A stretch of 64,000 bases of DNA, from assembly GCA_963804995.1 (NCBI GenBank), contig CAWDSK010000005.1, positions 928,001 to 992,000 on the forward strand. The letters run 5' to 3'. The translations under genes and the position numbers were made by a program. Below are positions 11,190 through 21,938 of the stretch, piece after piece. The stretch comes from an uncultured Acidobacteriota bacterium. GTDB taxonomy: Bacteria > Acidobacteriota > Terriglobia > UBA7540. How positions within the stretch are numbered: position 1 is the first letter of the stretch; each line of letters starts with the position of its first letter. The notes under the pieces are model-generated. The model had not been told where the DNA came from and ran no database searches. It was given only the letters and a program-made list of their open reading frames with translations.

Positions 11190-14100
11190 ACTCACGAGAC
11201 CAGCTCGCTTCCTACCTCAAGAAGATTGAGGGACGCCTACGCCTCGGAACCGTGATGCGCGGGGTGGCCGTCTTGATTTCGGTCGCCTTGATGACAACCG
11301 TGGTGCTGGTCCTGATCACCAACCGTTTCGCTTTCTCCGACGTGAGCCTTCTCTTCGCCCGCGTCGTGCTCATCCTCACGCTTGCCACCGCAGTGGGCTA
11401 CGGGTTGGCCTTGCCCTGGCGCGCTCTCAACCGGAGACGGGCGGCGCGTAAAGCGGAGGTGGTTTTTCCGCAATTCGATCAACGCCTGGTAACTTTCGCC
11501 GAACGCGACCAGGGTGACCGTGATCCCTTTCTGGAGTTGCTGGCAGCGGATACTCTGGAAGTCGCGCGTGCGGCCGAACCTGCGTCCCTGGTTCCGGATG
11601 GTAAACTTGCAGCCTGGATTGCGTGCGGCGGCGTGTCACTGGTCGTGCTGATTTGGTTGATCGTTGCCGGCCCGGGATATCTCGGCTACGGCGCCGGGCG
11701 GCTATGGGCCGGCTCGCTCCACAGCGCTGCTCCGTTTTATGACGTTCGAGTGAGTCCTGGTGACGCCGCCGTGCGCCGGAGTGCCAACCAACTGGTCACG
11801 GCGCAGGTTATCGGCCGCCAGGTGGAGAACGCCCGCCTCTTTGCCCGCTATCAAAGCGCTTCGAAGTGGGAACAGGTCACCATGCAGCGGCAATCTGCGG
11901 GCGCGGGATTTGAATTTCTATTCGCGGGGCTTCCTGAAAGCGTCGAGTACTACATTGAAGCCGGACCCCTTGCGCTCACGAAATTATCAAACTTCGAGTT
12001 GTGGATCTGCCCTCGGTCAAGCAGATTCGCGTGACCTACCATTTTCCGGCCTGGACGGGGATGAAGGATTCCGTGGAAGAGCACGGCGGCGACCTGCGCG
12101 CCGTGGAGGGCACCGAGGCGGACCTCAGCGTATTGTTCAGCCAGCCGGTGGGCCACGCCTTCCTCGCGCTCGACAGTGGAAAGGAGATTGACCTCGCCGC
12201 CAGCGATCACAACTTTCACAAGGGCGCCGTGCGGATTGAAAAGGATGGACTGTACCACGTCGCCACGTTCGACCAGGGGCAGCCCGTGCGCTTGTCCGAA
12301 GACTTCTTCATCGAAGCGCGCAAAGTGAATCCGCCGGATATGCGCATTACGCGGCCCGCGAGCGAATACCACGCCAGCCCCATCGAGGAAGTCACGGTCG
12401 GCGTACGGGCTACGGATGATTTTGGTTTGAGCGACTTGACCCTTCACTATTCGGTTAACGGTGGGCCGGAGAAAACCTCACAGCTTGCTCAAGCAAAAGG
12501 GCGCGAAGGAGGCGGAGGGTTCCACGACTCTTTTTCTAGAGGACTTCAAGCTGGTGCCGGGTGACTTGGTGAGCTTGTATGCGAGCGCCAGGGACGCGCG
12601 GGCTGAGTCCCATACCGACATGATGTTTATCCAAGCCGAGCCCTTCGCCAGGGAGTACTCGCAATCCCAGGTAACGGGCGGAGGCGGGGGCGGCGGCATG
12701 GGGGGCGAACAATCGCAGATTTCCCAGCGCGAGAAGGAAATCATCGCCGAGACCTGGAAGCACCAGCTCAGTAAGACCGCCTCCCAGCAGGACCTTACCG
12801 AGGCGGCCAAATTCCTTTCCGGCGTGCAAGCCAAGCTGCGCGACCAGTCTCTCTCTTTGGCAGGTCGTCTGGAAAGGCGCGAGCTGACGGAAGAGAATGA
12901 GGAGTTCAGCCAATTCCAGCAGGATATGAACGCCGCCGCGCAGGCGATGGCCCCTGCCTCTCAAGCGCTTCAGCAACAAAAGTGGAAGGAAGCCATCCCC
13001 GATGAGCAGAAGGCCCTGCAATTTCTGTTGCGGGCCGAAGCGACCTTCCGCCAAATCGAAGTGGCCTTCGGCAACCGAGGGGGGAGGTGGCGGGGGAGGT
13101 CCGGCCGGGATCTCCAGAGCCTCTTCGACCTCGAGTTGGACACTGAGAAGAACCAGTACGAGACCGAACAGACGGCCAGCTCCGCCAATCAGCGTGGCGA
13201 GGAGATTGACAAGGCGCTCCAGAAGCTGGATGAATTGGCTCGCCGGCAGGAGGAGTTGGCCCAGCAGCAGCACCGCAACTCTCAAGATTTCCAAACTCGT
13301 TGGGAGCAGGAGATGCTGCGCCGCGAAGCCGAGAAGTTGCAGGAAGAGATGGCGGCAGCTCGCGCAGAGCGGTTCGCAGCAGGGAGGCGCCTCGGGATCA
13401 TCCAGCCAGTCATCGTCGGGGCGCGGGCAGAGCACGGCGGACGCGCCAGTCCAGCAGGCCCTCGACCGGCTTCGCCAGGCCAATGACGATATGCGACGTG
13501 CCGCTTCGCCGGAGCAAAGTGGCGCTGACGCGCGCCGCGCCGCCGAGCGCCTCCGCGAAGCCTCAAACCTGCTCAATGGCTTGCGAAAGCAGGACGCTAC
13601 CGAGCGGCTCGGTCGACTGGCTAGCGAGGGGGAGCGCTTGACAGGTGAGCAACGCGCCGAAGCGGAGCGCATGCGGCGGGCCTTCGATCCCTCCGAGGTC
13701 GCCAAGCGCTCGGGCGCGGGTCAATCCGACGCGGCCGTTCAGGAATTGTCGAAGCTGGCGGGCGACCGGCAACGCCTGGCGGATGAGCTTGGGAGCCTCG
13801 AGAAGGAAATGCAGGACGCCACGCGCGAGCTCGCTTCGGGACAGCGCCCTGCGGCCTCGAAGCTCCGCGACGCTCTCAGCGAGATGCAGCAATCCGACCT
13901 CCGAACCCGCATCCAGAGGAGCGCGGACATGATCCGCCGCGGCATGCCGAATCCCGGCGAGGCGGCTATTACCGCCGGCATCGACCACCTCAACGATCAA
14001 CTGCGCCAGGCCCAACAGTCGCTAGGTGGCGGGCAGCAGAATCCGGAAGAGGCGCTGGACCGCGTGGCGCGCTTGCGAAGCCAACTCGACACGCTTACCC

Positions 14101-14666
14101 GGAGTCCGAGTGCTCATGGTGGCCAACCGGGGCAGGGTCGCGAGGGTGGAAATGTGCCCAATGGTCCCGGAAATGACGGAGGCCGCGAGGGTGGAAATCT
14201 GCGCAGTGGCGTGGGAAATGGCGGCGGCCGCTGGGACGGTGATCGCTACTACGGCGGGTACGATCCCGGTGGCCAGTCGTGGCCGCAGGGTAGCGAGCGC
14301 AAGGAAACTCCGACTACTCAAGCTGACATCGAGCGCGCTTACCAGGAGGCTCTGCGCGACTTGAACGAGCTGCGCCAGACCGTACGCGGCGGGCCCGGGC
14401 CGCTCGGCGATATTCAAGACTTGCTCCGGGAGCTCAACCGGCTGGACCCTCGGCGCTTCCCCGGCAACCCGGCGATGCTTGAACAACTCCGCGCGCAAGT
14501 GCAGACCAGCGTGGATAAACTTGAGCTGCAAATCCGCCGCGAAATGGACGATAAGCAGAAGGGACAGGTCCGCACCGGCGATGCCCTGCACGTCCCCGAC
14601 GGTTATCAGGAATCGGTCGCGGAATATTTCCGGCGGTTAAGCAAGCGACCGGACGCGAACAAATGA
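11186..14666 (+). CDS. Large TM + Ig-like + coiled-coil protein (DUF4175-like), several frameshifts
   Basis: ATG overlaps the previous TGA. Consecutive ORF pieces (ending 12034, 12564, 13486, 14666) give TM helices, ATDDFGL, LVPGDLVSLY, long coiled coils and the terminal VPDGYQESVAEYFRRL. Confidence 0.8.
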
Positions 14667-14775
14667 GCGCGTGCGACCGTTACAGTGAGGAGTGGCCGCC
14701 CGCCATTAAGATCGGCGACCATTCGGCCAAGGCCGGGCGCCGCTCGGCCCGTCGCGCTCCTGTCGTGCGGTTCGT

Positions 14776-14804
14776 TTGACAGAGCGGGGCGTCGCCTTTA
14801 CACT
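14776..14804 (+). promoter_or_regulatory. Sigma70-type promoter of the parDE-like TA pair
   Basis: TTGACA-17 bp-TACACT upstream of the antitoxin. Confidence 0.65.
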
Positions 14805-14846
14805 GACAGAAGCGGTTGATCGCTGCATCCGCGTGGAGATTTGGCC

Positions 14847-15101
14847 ATGGCTATTCAGTTAAAGCCCGAACAGGAGCACCGCATTGCGGAAGCGATACGC
14901 TCCGGCGCTTATCAAAGTCCCGAAGACGTAATCGACCGGGCGCTGGAGGTGCTGCACGAGCGGGATGAATGGTTAATGGCCAACCGCCAGACGGTGGATG
15001 CCAGGATTCGCCAAGGGTTGGAAGAACTGAACCGGGGGGAGGGGATTCCCGAGGACCAACTGGACACTCACCTTGCACACCTGAAAGCTCAACCTGAATG
15101 A
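14847..15101 (+). CDS. ParD-like RHH antitoxin
   Basis: IAEAIRSGAYQSPEDVIDRAL motif; overlaps the toxin gene by 4 nt. Confidence 0.85.
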   Translation: MAIQLKPEQEHRIAEAIRSGAYQSPEDVIDRALEVLHERDEWLMANRQTVDARIRQGLEELNRGEGIPEDQLDTHLAHLKAQPE

Positions 15102-15406
15102 CCCGGCGATATCTCCTGGCGCCGCAGGCGGCCCGCGACTTGGTACAAATCTGGCGTTACGTGAAGCGGGAAGTCAGCCGGGAAGCCGCCGACCGAGTTG
15201 AATCTGTCATTCGAAGCAAGTGCGTCTACCTGGCCAGCTTCCCCGACGCGGGGCACTGGCGGCCTGATTTGACCTCTGCAGCCGTGCGGTTCTTTTCTGT
15301 TTACTCTTACCTGATTGTGTACCGACCTGAAACCCAGCCAATACAAGTGGTTACCATTCTGCACGGCAGCCGTGATGTAGCAGGGATCTTAAGCGAAGGG
15401 TTCTAG
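15098..15406 (+). CDS. RelE/ParE family toxin
   Basis: LAPQAARDLVQIWRY, YLIVYR, ILHGSRD. Confidence 0.9.
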   Translation: MTRRYLLAPQAARDLVQIWRYVKREVSREAADRVESVIRSKCVYLASFPDAGHWRPDLTSAAVRFFSVYSYLIVYRPETQPIQVVTILHGSRDVAGILSEGF

Positions 15407-15421
15407 ACGCGGCCCTTCGCG

Positions 15422-15466
15422 GCCGACTGCTTCGCCGCCGCCCTCGCCCAAGCTCGCAAGGCAACC
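15422..15466 (+). pseudogene. 45-bp fragment duplicating part of the downstream vapC
   Basis: Matches 16292-16336 at 44 of 45 positions (ADCFAAALAQARKAT). Confidence 0.8.
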
Positions 15467-15535
15467 GTGCTTTACCAGCCTAACCGTTCATCTCAACAAT
15501 GGGGATAAGACCACGCTGTTGGTCCAACTGCCTCG

Positions 15536-15751
15536 CTATGTAGGAATTATATGGATTGACTTACATGAGTCCAATAAGTAAGATGTAGCGCAGTGCGGCG
15601 AAGCTGCAAGCAAAAGAGAATCATAGCCCTCTCCGCAGGGGAGAGGGTGGACCGCGGTCCCGATGCACTTGATCGGGACGGGTGAGGGGTCACTTTCGGG
15701 AAGTCGAACAGTATTCTTGCTAAAAAACACATGAATTTACGGCATTGCATT
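15536..15751. repeat. MITE-like palindromic repeat (CCCTCTCC-GGAGAGGG family)
   Basis: Near-identical to 63880-64000; internal motif shared with 32475-32548 and 36450-36520. Confidence 0.7.
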
Positions 15752-15767
15752 GCAGGGTGGGTGACCA

Positions 15768-16004
15768 ATGAAGATCGAAACCAGCGTCGTCACGACCAAG
15801 GGACAACTCGTCATCCCCGCTCGGCTGCGCCGGCGGTTCGGGATCAAAAAGGGGACGAGGGTCACCTTTGTCGAGGATGCCGGGCGCATCATCGTGCAGC
15901 CCGTCACCCGCGAATTCATCCGCGGGCTGCGCGGGTCGCTCGCAGGGGACCCCTCCGCGCTCGGCACTCTGCTTGAGGAGCGCAAGCGCGAGCGGACCCT
16001 ATGA
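15768..16004 (+). CDS. AbrB/MazE/SpoVT antitoxin
   Basis: VTTKGQLVIPARLRRRFGIKKG signature. Confidence 0.9.
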   Translation: MKIETSVVTTKGQLVIPARLRRRFGIKKGTRVTFVEDAGRIIVQPVTREFIRGLRGSLAGDPSALGTLLEERKRERTL

Positions 16005-16399
16005 AAACCTACGTGTTGGACGCGAGCGCCCTCATGACGTTTTTCGAGAACCGCGCGGGGGCCGACAAGGTCGAAAAACTCCTGGTTGACGCGGCGGATG
16101 CCGAGCGCCCGCACGTCATGTCGGTGGTTAACTGGGGTGAGGTCTATTACGCGATCTGGCGTGCGCACGGAGAGAAGGCGGCCGCCGTCAAGCTCCAGGA
16201 CATCGCCCAGCTTCCCATAGAGATAGTGGACGTTGATATGGAACTGGCTAAGCTCGCCGCCAGCCTTAAAGCTCAGTACAAGCTTCCTTACGCCGACTGC
16301 TTCGCCGCCGCCCTCGCCCAAGCCCGCAAGGCAACCTTGGTCACAAGTGACCAGGACTTCAAGCGCGCGGGCACCGCCCTCAAAATCCTTTGGGTCTGA
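16001..16399 (+). CDS. vapC: VapC PIN-domain toxin
   Basis: YVLDASAL, NWGEVYY, YADCF, LVTSDQDF. Confidence 0.92.
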   Translation: MKTYVLDASALMTFFENRAGADKVEKLLVDAADAERPHVMSVVNWGEVYYAIWRAHGEKAAAVKLQDIAQLPIEIVDVDMELAKLAASLKAQYKLPYADCFAAALAQARKATLVTSDQDFKRAGTALKILWV

Positions 16400-16403
16400 T
16401 TTT

Positions 16404-16565
16404 GTAGCGCGGACCTGTTCTGCAGGTCCGCGGCTCTCAATATCAAATTCTCTCATTTCCATTCGAGGGCACGAAAAACCGCGGACCTACAAAACAGGTC
16501 CGCGCTACCCTTAACTTGTAGGGCCGAACGGCGTTCGGCCTTGGCCGAGCGCTGCTCGGCCCTAC
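16404..16565. repeat. Two GTAG-type REP doublets (REPIN-like)
   Basis: GTAGCGCGGACCTG..CAGGTCCGCG paired with CGCGGACCT..AGGTCCGCGCTAC (16404-16508), and GTAGGGCCGAACGGCGTTCGGCC..GGCCGAGCG..CTCGGCCCTAC (16518-16565). Confidence 0.8.
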
Positions 16566-16709
16566 AATTCCGCCGCCGCCCCCTGATCCCCTCCTTAACG
16601 AGGAAGGGAATAAACCGTCGAAGCCAGCGCCGCCGTTGCCGCCACTATTCACCGGAGGTTGGGCATCAGGGGAAAAGCTTGCGGAGAGAAGGGCACTGCC
16701 CGTGGCCAC

Positions 16710-17057
16710 TCAAAGTCCCAGTGTATTGCGCAGTGCCTGATCGACAGCTTCCATTCGCGGCATTCGCCCGATGGCCCGTTTGACCAGTTGCAGTTCTATG
16801 GTCGCCAAGTTGTCGGTCATGATCACCGAATCGGATTTCAGGCCGGTCTGGAGAGCGAGCGGATCCTTCAACGAGACCGTGACACGGCTGGGATGCGCGG
16901 CGCGGGCCAGATTGCTGCTGACCATGGCAACGACCACCTGCGGGAGTCCGGTGTTGAGCTCCTCGGCTTGGACCACCAGAACCGGCCGCAGCTTCACCGT
17001 CCTGAGGTCGGAGTGGGGAAAGTAGACCAAGGCGAAGTCGCCGCGTCTAAGGCTCAT
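16710..17057 (-). CDS. PemK/MazF family toxin
   Basis: RRGDFALVYFP, KLRPVLVVQ, TGLKSDS. Confidence 0.9.
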   Translation of the reverse strand: MSLRRGDFALVYFPHSDLRTVKLRPVLVVQAEELNTGLPQVVVAMVSSNLARAAHPSRVTVSLKDPLALQTGLKSDSVIMTDNLATIELQLVKRAIGRMPRMEAVDQALRNTLGL

Positions 17058-17247
17058 TGTAAACGTCCATGCTGGGGTCGTCCCAATCGGCAGCGAACGT
17101 CGTCAGCTTGGCGCGCACTTCGCGCGCGCGCTCACGTGTCCACCCCAGGTCATGGATGGTGAGCTTGTTTTTAGTCGGGGTAACTCGCTTCGCAGCTTTT
17201 CGTGGCCTGGTTGCAGGCTGCTTCCCAATCAGAGCTTTAACGTGCAT
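17047..17247 (-). CDS. Putative antitoxin of the MazF toxin
   Basis: GAGGAGG RBS, 66 aa, C-terminal DWDDPSMDVY, overlaps the toxin start. Confidence 0.7.
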   Translation of the reverse strand: MHVKALIGKQPATRPRKAAKRVTPTKNKLTIHDLGWTRERAREVRAKLTTFAADWDDPSMDVYNEP

Positions 17248-17883
17248 CCAGACCTCCTCAGCGGTCGCTCGAACCCAAGCACCCACCATTCTATAACACC
17301 TTCCAGCCGGGAACTAACTGAACCTGCCCCAAATGCAGGAGCCACCCCCTATTCAGGGGCGCTGTGTGTTTCCCCCTGACACCTGGCACCTAGCACCTGA
17401 CACCCTGGCGGGGAGCGCCGACATTGCAGCCACAATTGACCGGAAGTTTGGCATCAAGGGAAAGGCCCACGGACATGAGGGCACGGTCCGTGCCTACCCG
17501 CTTTGCGTCTCGGCGCGAGTTTATATATTTTTTCACACCTTCAGTCGGCGATCTGCGCCTAAGTTGAATAGCCACCCCAATACGAGGGGCCGCACGCCGC
17601 GCTAAGCTGAGCGAGGCCAGACTCCGGCGTCCGCCAAAAGTCAACCAAGGGCGCCGTTGAATGGAGCGGGGACGCAACGGCGCTGGGGGGGAGCGATTGA
17701 CCAACTGTTCGAAATCCGCGACAACGTTGTTATGGTACCGCATGGACACCATAGATTCCCTCCGCTTTCCCAACCGGGCTCATATGGAGCTATTCCCGCG
17801 GGCTGCGCGTTCGCCGTCAAGTGAAGAACCCACAGTCAGAACTGCGTTGACTGAGCCTACCTGCTTTGCGCCGGCCCAACGGT

Positions 17884-19800
17884 CTAGGAAGGCCCGGAAG
17901 ACATCGAGATGCTCGAAAGGCAAGCTGACTTTAGCTCCGCCGCGCGCGACAGGTACACTCCGAACTGCTCAGCGGATTGTGCGAAATGCCAACGCCCCCA
18001 TGCTTGACATGCAGCGTCGATTATGTGCACTGTAAGCGCGGCGACCGCTTTCACTCCTTCAAACGCCGTTCCTTCGACCGTCTTGTTTCCATCAAGGAGG
18101 TCGGCGACACGGAATGCCGGATGCCGACCGTTGATTGCGAGTTGACGACGATCGGCTCGGACCTCCGCCTCATCGTCCCTTTCACCCATTTCCCAGTCCA
18201 TAATCGGAGTCAACTGCATTCCCGACACATAAGCTGCTGCCCCTCCCAACACATCATCGAGCGGAGTTGGCGGGTTGGTTTGCCTGAGGTTGTCCCGTGC
18301 AACGTTCTCTTTTCGCCGCACGTTTTGGCTGCCACAGCCCGGTTTCTCGCTCGGGCGGCCGTCCCTCCCCACAGAAAATTCCCTGCAATGAGTCGGGACC
18401 TGCTCTTTTGGAGCCTTCCACGAATCGAGACAATCGAGGCATTCCCAATGTGCATTGCGGGTCTCCTGTGCAGGTGGAGGCGTTATAAGCTTCTTTCTTA
18501 CCTCCTTGTCTGACGATTCGACGGCTCTGCGATACTCATCGCTCCTTATTTGATTCAGCCCTGCTGTGAGGGGCTCTAACGCTTTGGTGTAACGTTCTTG
18601 ACTTCGCAGGCGCTCTTCACGTAGTTCTTCCTCACGCAGTAGATCGGACAGATTACTGACCTTTCCGAGGATGTAGTCAAGGAAGGCGGCATATTGCTCA
18701 TTTGCATCCAACCCCTCCCGACTCGTGGTGTCCCGTAGTTGTGGATTTTGATCCTTGGAAATGTGTATTGTTCCCTCCAAGTAGTGAGGCTTTAGCCGGA
18801 AGCGGCTACCTCTCAAGTATCGGCTGCGGTAAATCTGGAGCCAATCGCCTTCTGGACCAGGCTCACCGTAGGGGCGAACCCTACATCCATCACGAAAGAT
18901 CCTTACGCCCATGTTCCAGTCTAGGCTGGCATCTCCTCCTCTGCTCGCCTCGGTCTTGGTCAACCCTTGGCCGAAGTACCGCAACCGCCCCCGGATGGCC
19001 CCGAAGGAGGGGGGGCCAATATCCTTGATCTCGCGAGCTTCCTTACCCTCCGAAAAGATAACGCTAGTCTCCCATCCGTCGGAGCTCACCTCAAATACTA
19101 TGCGGTGAGTTTCATTGCCCGGCAGGGGATTCTTGAGCGAATCGTTTAGGTCTTGCCAAGGGGTAATGAATATGATTCTAAAATCCGTTGCGGTTTCTGG
19201 ATCGATCAGGCTCGATAGTTGCGCACGGAGCTTTTCGATCCTTTTCCTCGTCCAATTTAGCCTCAACCTGCGTATTTCGAGCCTCGTTCCATGAGGCGGG
19301 TCGAAGCCTTCTGGATTCTTGTACTTAATGGGAAAGCTGTAATCGGCTAATTCACGCTCCCCGCTGAGCTCATCCCAGTTAAATCTGACTTGAAGAAACT
19401 TCTGTTGGGCTTCGACCTTCGTGCGAAGAATCAACTCGTGGCCCAGCTTCTCGGCCGCAAAACGTCCAACCCCCTTCTGCCCGAGTCGCTTGCGTCGGGA
19501 CAGCGGACTCCTATCCTCGCGCAACTTATTCTCGGTTGCCAGGAATGCCCACTTTGAATGAAGATCGTCCTCTGTCATTCCGGTGCCGTCGTCCTGAATT
19601 CGAAGTGCTTGCCCCTCTTCAGTCCCACGCAACTCGACTCGGACGCTTGTTGCGTCGGCGTCATAGGCGTTCTTCACTAGTTCGATAACGGCAGTAATTT
19701 CGTCACGGAGCTGCTCTGATCCGAGCCGTGCGAGCATTGCCGCTCCGGTCCGGAAGCGCAGCATCTCACTGCTAGCTATTGCGACCTGTGTTTGCCCCAT
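17884..19800 (-). CDS. GHKL (MORC/paraMORC-like) ATPase with a Cys cluster and no histidine-kinase domain
   Basis: ELVKNAYDADA, DDGTGM, GQKGVGRF, GT; S5-like GVRIFRDG..RPYG..DWL; coiled coil; CLDC..HC..GC; AINGRHP. Confidence 0.85.
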   Translation of the reverse strand: MGQTQVAIASSEMLRFRTGAAMLARLGSEQLRDEITAVIELVKNAYDADATSVRVELRGTEEGQALRIQDDGTGMTEDDLHSKWAFLATENKLREDRSPLSRRKRLGQKGVGRFAAEKLGHELILRTKVEAQQKFLQVRFNWDELSGERELADYSFPIKYKNPEGFDPPHGTRLEIRRLRLNWTRKRIEKLRAQLSSLIDPETATDFRIIFITPWQDLNDSLKNPLPGNETHRIVFEVSSDGWETSVIFSEGKEAREIKDIGPPSFGAIRGRLRYFGQGLTKTEASRGGDASLDWNMGVRIFRDGCRVRPYGEPGPEGDWLQIYRSRYLRGSRFRLKPHYLEGTIHISKDQNPQLRDTTSREGLDANEQYAAFLDYILGKVSNLSDLLREEELREERLRSQERYTKALEPLTAGLNQIRSDEYRRAVESSDKEVRKKLITPPPAQETRNAHWECLDCLDSWKAPKEQVPTHCREFSVGRDGRPSEKPGCGSQNVRRKENVARDNLRQTNPPTPLDDVLGGAAAYVSGMQLTPIMDWEMGERDDEAEVRADRRQLAINGRHPAFRVADLLDGNKTVEGTAFEGVKAVAALTVHIIDAACQAWGRWHFAQSAEQFGVYLSRAAELKSACLSSISMSSGPS

Positions 19801-19904
19801 GAGCCCCCCTTCGTATCAGAAGCTTGGAGCGGCTGGCGAGACGAAGTGCGGCTCTTCCGCCCACCCCGGCCTCTGTCGCTCGCGCTTCGTGCGCAAGTGT
19901 CAAA

Positions 19905-21167
19905 CTATCTTTCAGAGGAAGCGGCCCCCTCCAGTCTCGCGACTTTCCCCTCTAGATACCATCGGCGGACTTCAGAGTACAGCGCGGTATACACTTGCCC
20001 ATCGCGGCCCACCGCATGCGGGTTGTCCCCGATCGCGTCGTTGGCCGCCATAACGGTCTTAACCAACCTGCTTCCGTGCATGTCAAAGAACTCAAAAGGG
20101 GAGGTGTACCACTTGAACTTACCGTCCCTCTCCTCAAGTAGCGCCCGGAGGCTGGCAACGGTAGGGATAGCGAACCCCTTTTCGACGGGGAGGTTCTCCC
20201 CCTTGACGGGCCCGTTTTTGGGGTCCAGGAAGTAGTAGGTCGCCATGGCTGCCCGGTTCCTCTTTCGCTGGTGCATAACGCTCCGCGAACCGAGTCTCCC
20301 ATGTTTACCGGCGTCGTCTGGGGCGTTGTAAGCCTGTTTCCAGTTGAATCGAATGTGGTCGTACAATCTCACAATGTCACGACAGAGCGGTTTCAGTTTC
20401 CTAAACCCGTATCTATCGTCTTTCTCAATAAAGTATTCGAGGCACTTTCCAGCGTTCTTGTATGCCTCCACGGCCGCGACCCCGTCAGGAAAAAGCGTGG
20501 GATTGACGGCGCACATCACCTGGATCAAATCCAGGATGCCGATGGGCTCTTGGTCGTTTTCGCTAACCTTGATGTATTTTCTGAAGTCCGGCCCTAAGGC
20601 GTCGAGGAACCACTCGAACTTATCGCGGTAGCCGGCCAGCGTCCACGCCTTCAGTGATACGCTGAAGTTGCGTGCCTCTGCGATGTCAGCGAGATCGTTC
20701 TCGATATTAACCAGCACTTCAAGATGAACGTATTGATTCTCCAAGACGGGCGATCCCTCATCTTCATCGGACGGCGAACCAGAGCTCTTAGGTGGCTTGA
20801 GGGATTCGACCACATCTGTAATGGCGCGGTAGGTGTGACCCCCATCGATGATGCCGTACACTTCGGTCTCGGAATCGGGTATGTTGAGCTTCAGGGAGTT
20901 CCGACGGCTATCGAACTCTACTTCGCGCGCTGAAATAGTGACCCCGCGATTGAGGAGATGGAATCTTCCATCATTCGATTCGAGAGATCTGGAAATCCTG
21001 GTGATTATGGGTCCGTGCGCCTTTGGCACTCGAGGGTCAGGATCCATCGGGATATTTCGAGGCAGGTCGCCAACGGGCACGAGCGCGTGGATAATCCGTA
21101 TTTGCGGACGGTTCGGATCCTTGATGGTGCGGATTTGGTCGGACAGGACGGGCAGGTGGAAAATCAT
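19905..21167 (-). CDS. AIPR family protein
   Basis: AAGGAG RBS; PNRP/DPR, FHLLNRGVTI, GIIDGGHT, IAEARN motifs. Confidence 0.85.
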   Translation of the reverse strand: MIFHLPVLSDQIRTIKDPNRPQIRIIHALVPVGDLPRNIPMDPDPRVPKAHGPIITRISRSLESNDGRFHLLNRGVTISAREVEFDSRRNSLKLNIPDSETEVYGIIDGGHTYRAITDVVESLKPPKSSGSPSDEDEGSPVLENQYVHLEVLVNIENDLADIAEARNFSVSLKAWTLAGYRDKFEWFLDALGPDFRKYIKVSENDQEPIGILDLIQVMCAVNPTLFPDGVAAVEAYKNAGKCLEYFIEKDDRYGFRKLKPLCRDIVRLYDHIRFNWKQAYNAPDDAGKHGRLGSRSVMHQRKRNRAAMATYYFLDPKNGPVKGENLPVEKGFAIPTVASLRALLEERDGKFKWYTSPFEFFDMHGSRLVKTVMAANDAIGDNPHAVGRDGQVYTALYSEVRRWYLEGKVARLEGAASSER

Positions 21168-21399
21168 GTTCTCTCTCCTTAATGCTTGGAGGCATTGGCC
21201 TCGCAAGATTCGTTTAGCTGGGTGACCAGCTCGCCATCTGGGGATTGCCGCCAGTAGCTTTTCCTAACATACCATTAACTTCGATGTGTTGCAAGAGGTT
21301 TTCTTAGGGCAAACATAACGCGAACCCCTCCTCTAATTCCGCGGCCTCCTGCTTCAAATCCTCGCGTTCTCATCGGCTGGCAAAGGCACGCGGTCAATG

Positions 21400-21545
21400 G
21401 TCAGTTGGGGATTAGGGGTTGGGGGCAGTATGCAGGATACGGGAGACGGGATTCGGGACACGGGAAAAGGGAATCCCAAATCCTGACAGTAGACAGGAGC
21501 TAGAATTCGGGATTCAGGAAGCAGAAGGCAGTAGGCAGTAGGCGG
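21400..21545. repeat. Degenerate heptamer tandem repeats (STRR-like)
   Basis: GGGATAC/GGGAGAC/GGGATTC/GGGACAC and AGGCAGT runs. Confidence 0.7.
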
Positions 21546-21555
21546 TGCTACACGC

Positions 21556-21933
21556 TCAAAGGTCTGCGGGCAGAATCCCCATCGCCAGTACGACGCATCG
21601 GGCAATCTGGCCAAGTCTGGCAGCGCTTAGGGCTCGGAGCCGTGACCGCGAGGGTACCAAGCTTTCCTTCCTCACCGTGCTGATGTTCTCCGCTTGGGCC
21701 TCGGAAACCTCTCCCAAACCTGTCTCGCCAGGCTCCAGTCGGACGTGAGTGTCGAATCCGCGCAGAGTCGTCGATAGCGGCACCACCAGTACCGTGCTGG
21801 CTCGCGGATGCTGATTCCTGGCGTCGAGCGAGACAACGATCACGGGACGGGCATGCTTGTCAGGAGGATCCGAAGGTATTCGAACAAACCAAATCTCGCC
21901 GCGGTGCGGTTGAACAGGTTGGGGGATCGACAT
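21556..21933 (-). CDS. PemK/MazF family toxin
   Basis: RGEIWFV, RPVIVVS, VVPLST, TGL. Confidence 0.9.
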   Translation of the reverse strand: MSIPQPVQPHRGEIWFVRIPSDPPDKHARPVIVVSLDARNQHPRASTVLVVPLSTTLRGFDTHVRLEPGETGLGEVSEAQAENISTVRKESLVPSRSRLRALSAARLGQIARCVVLAMGILPADL

Positions 21934-21938
21934 AAGGC

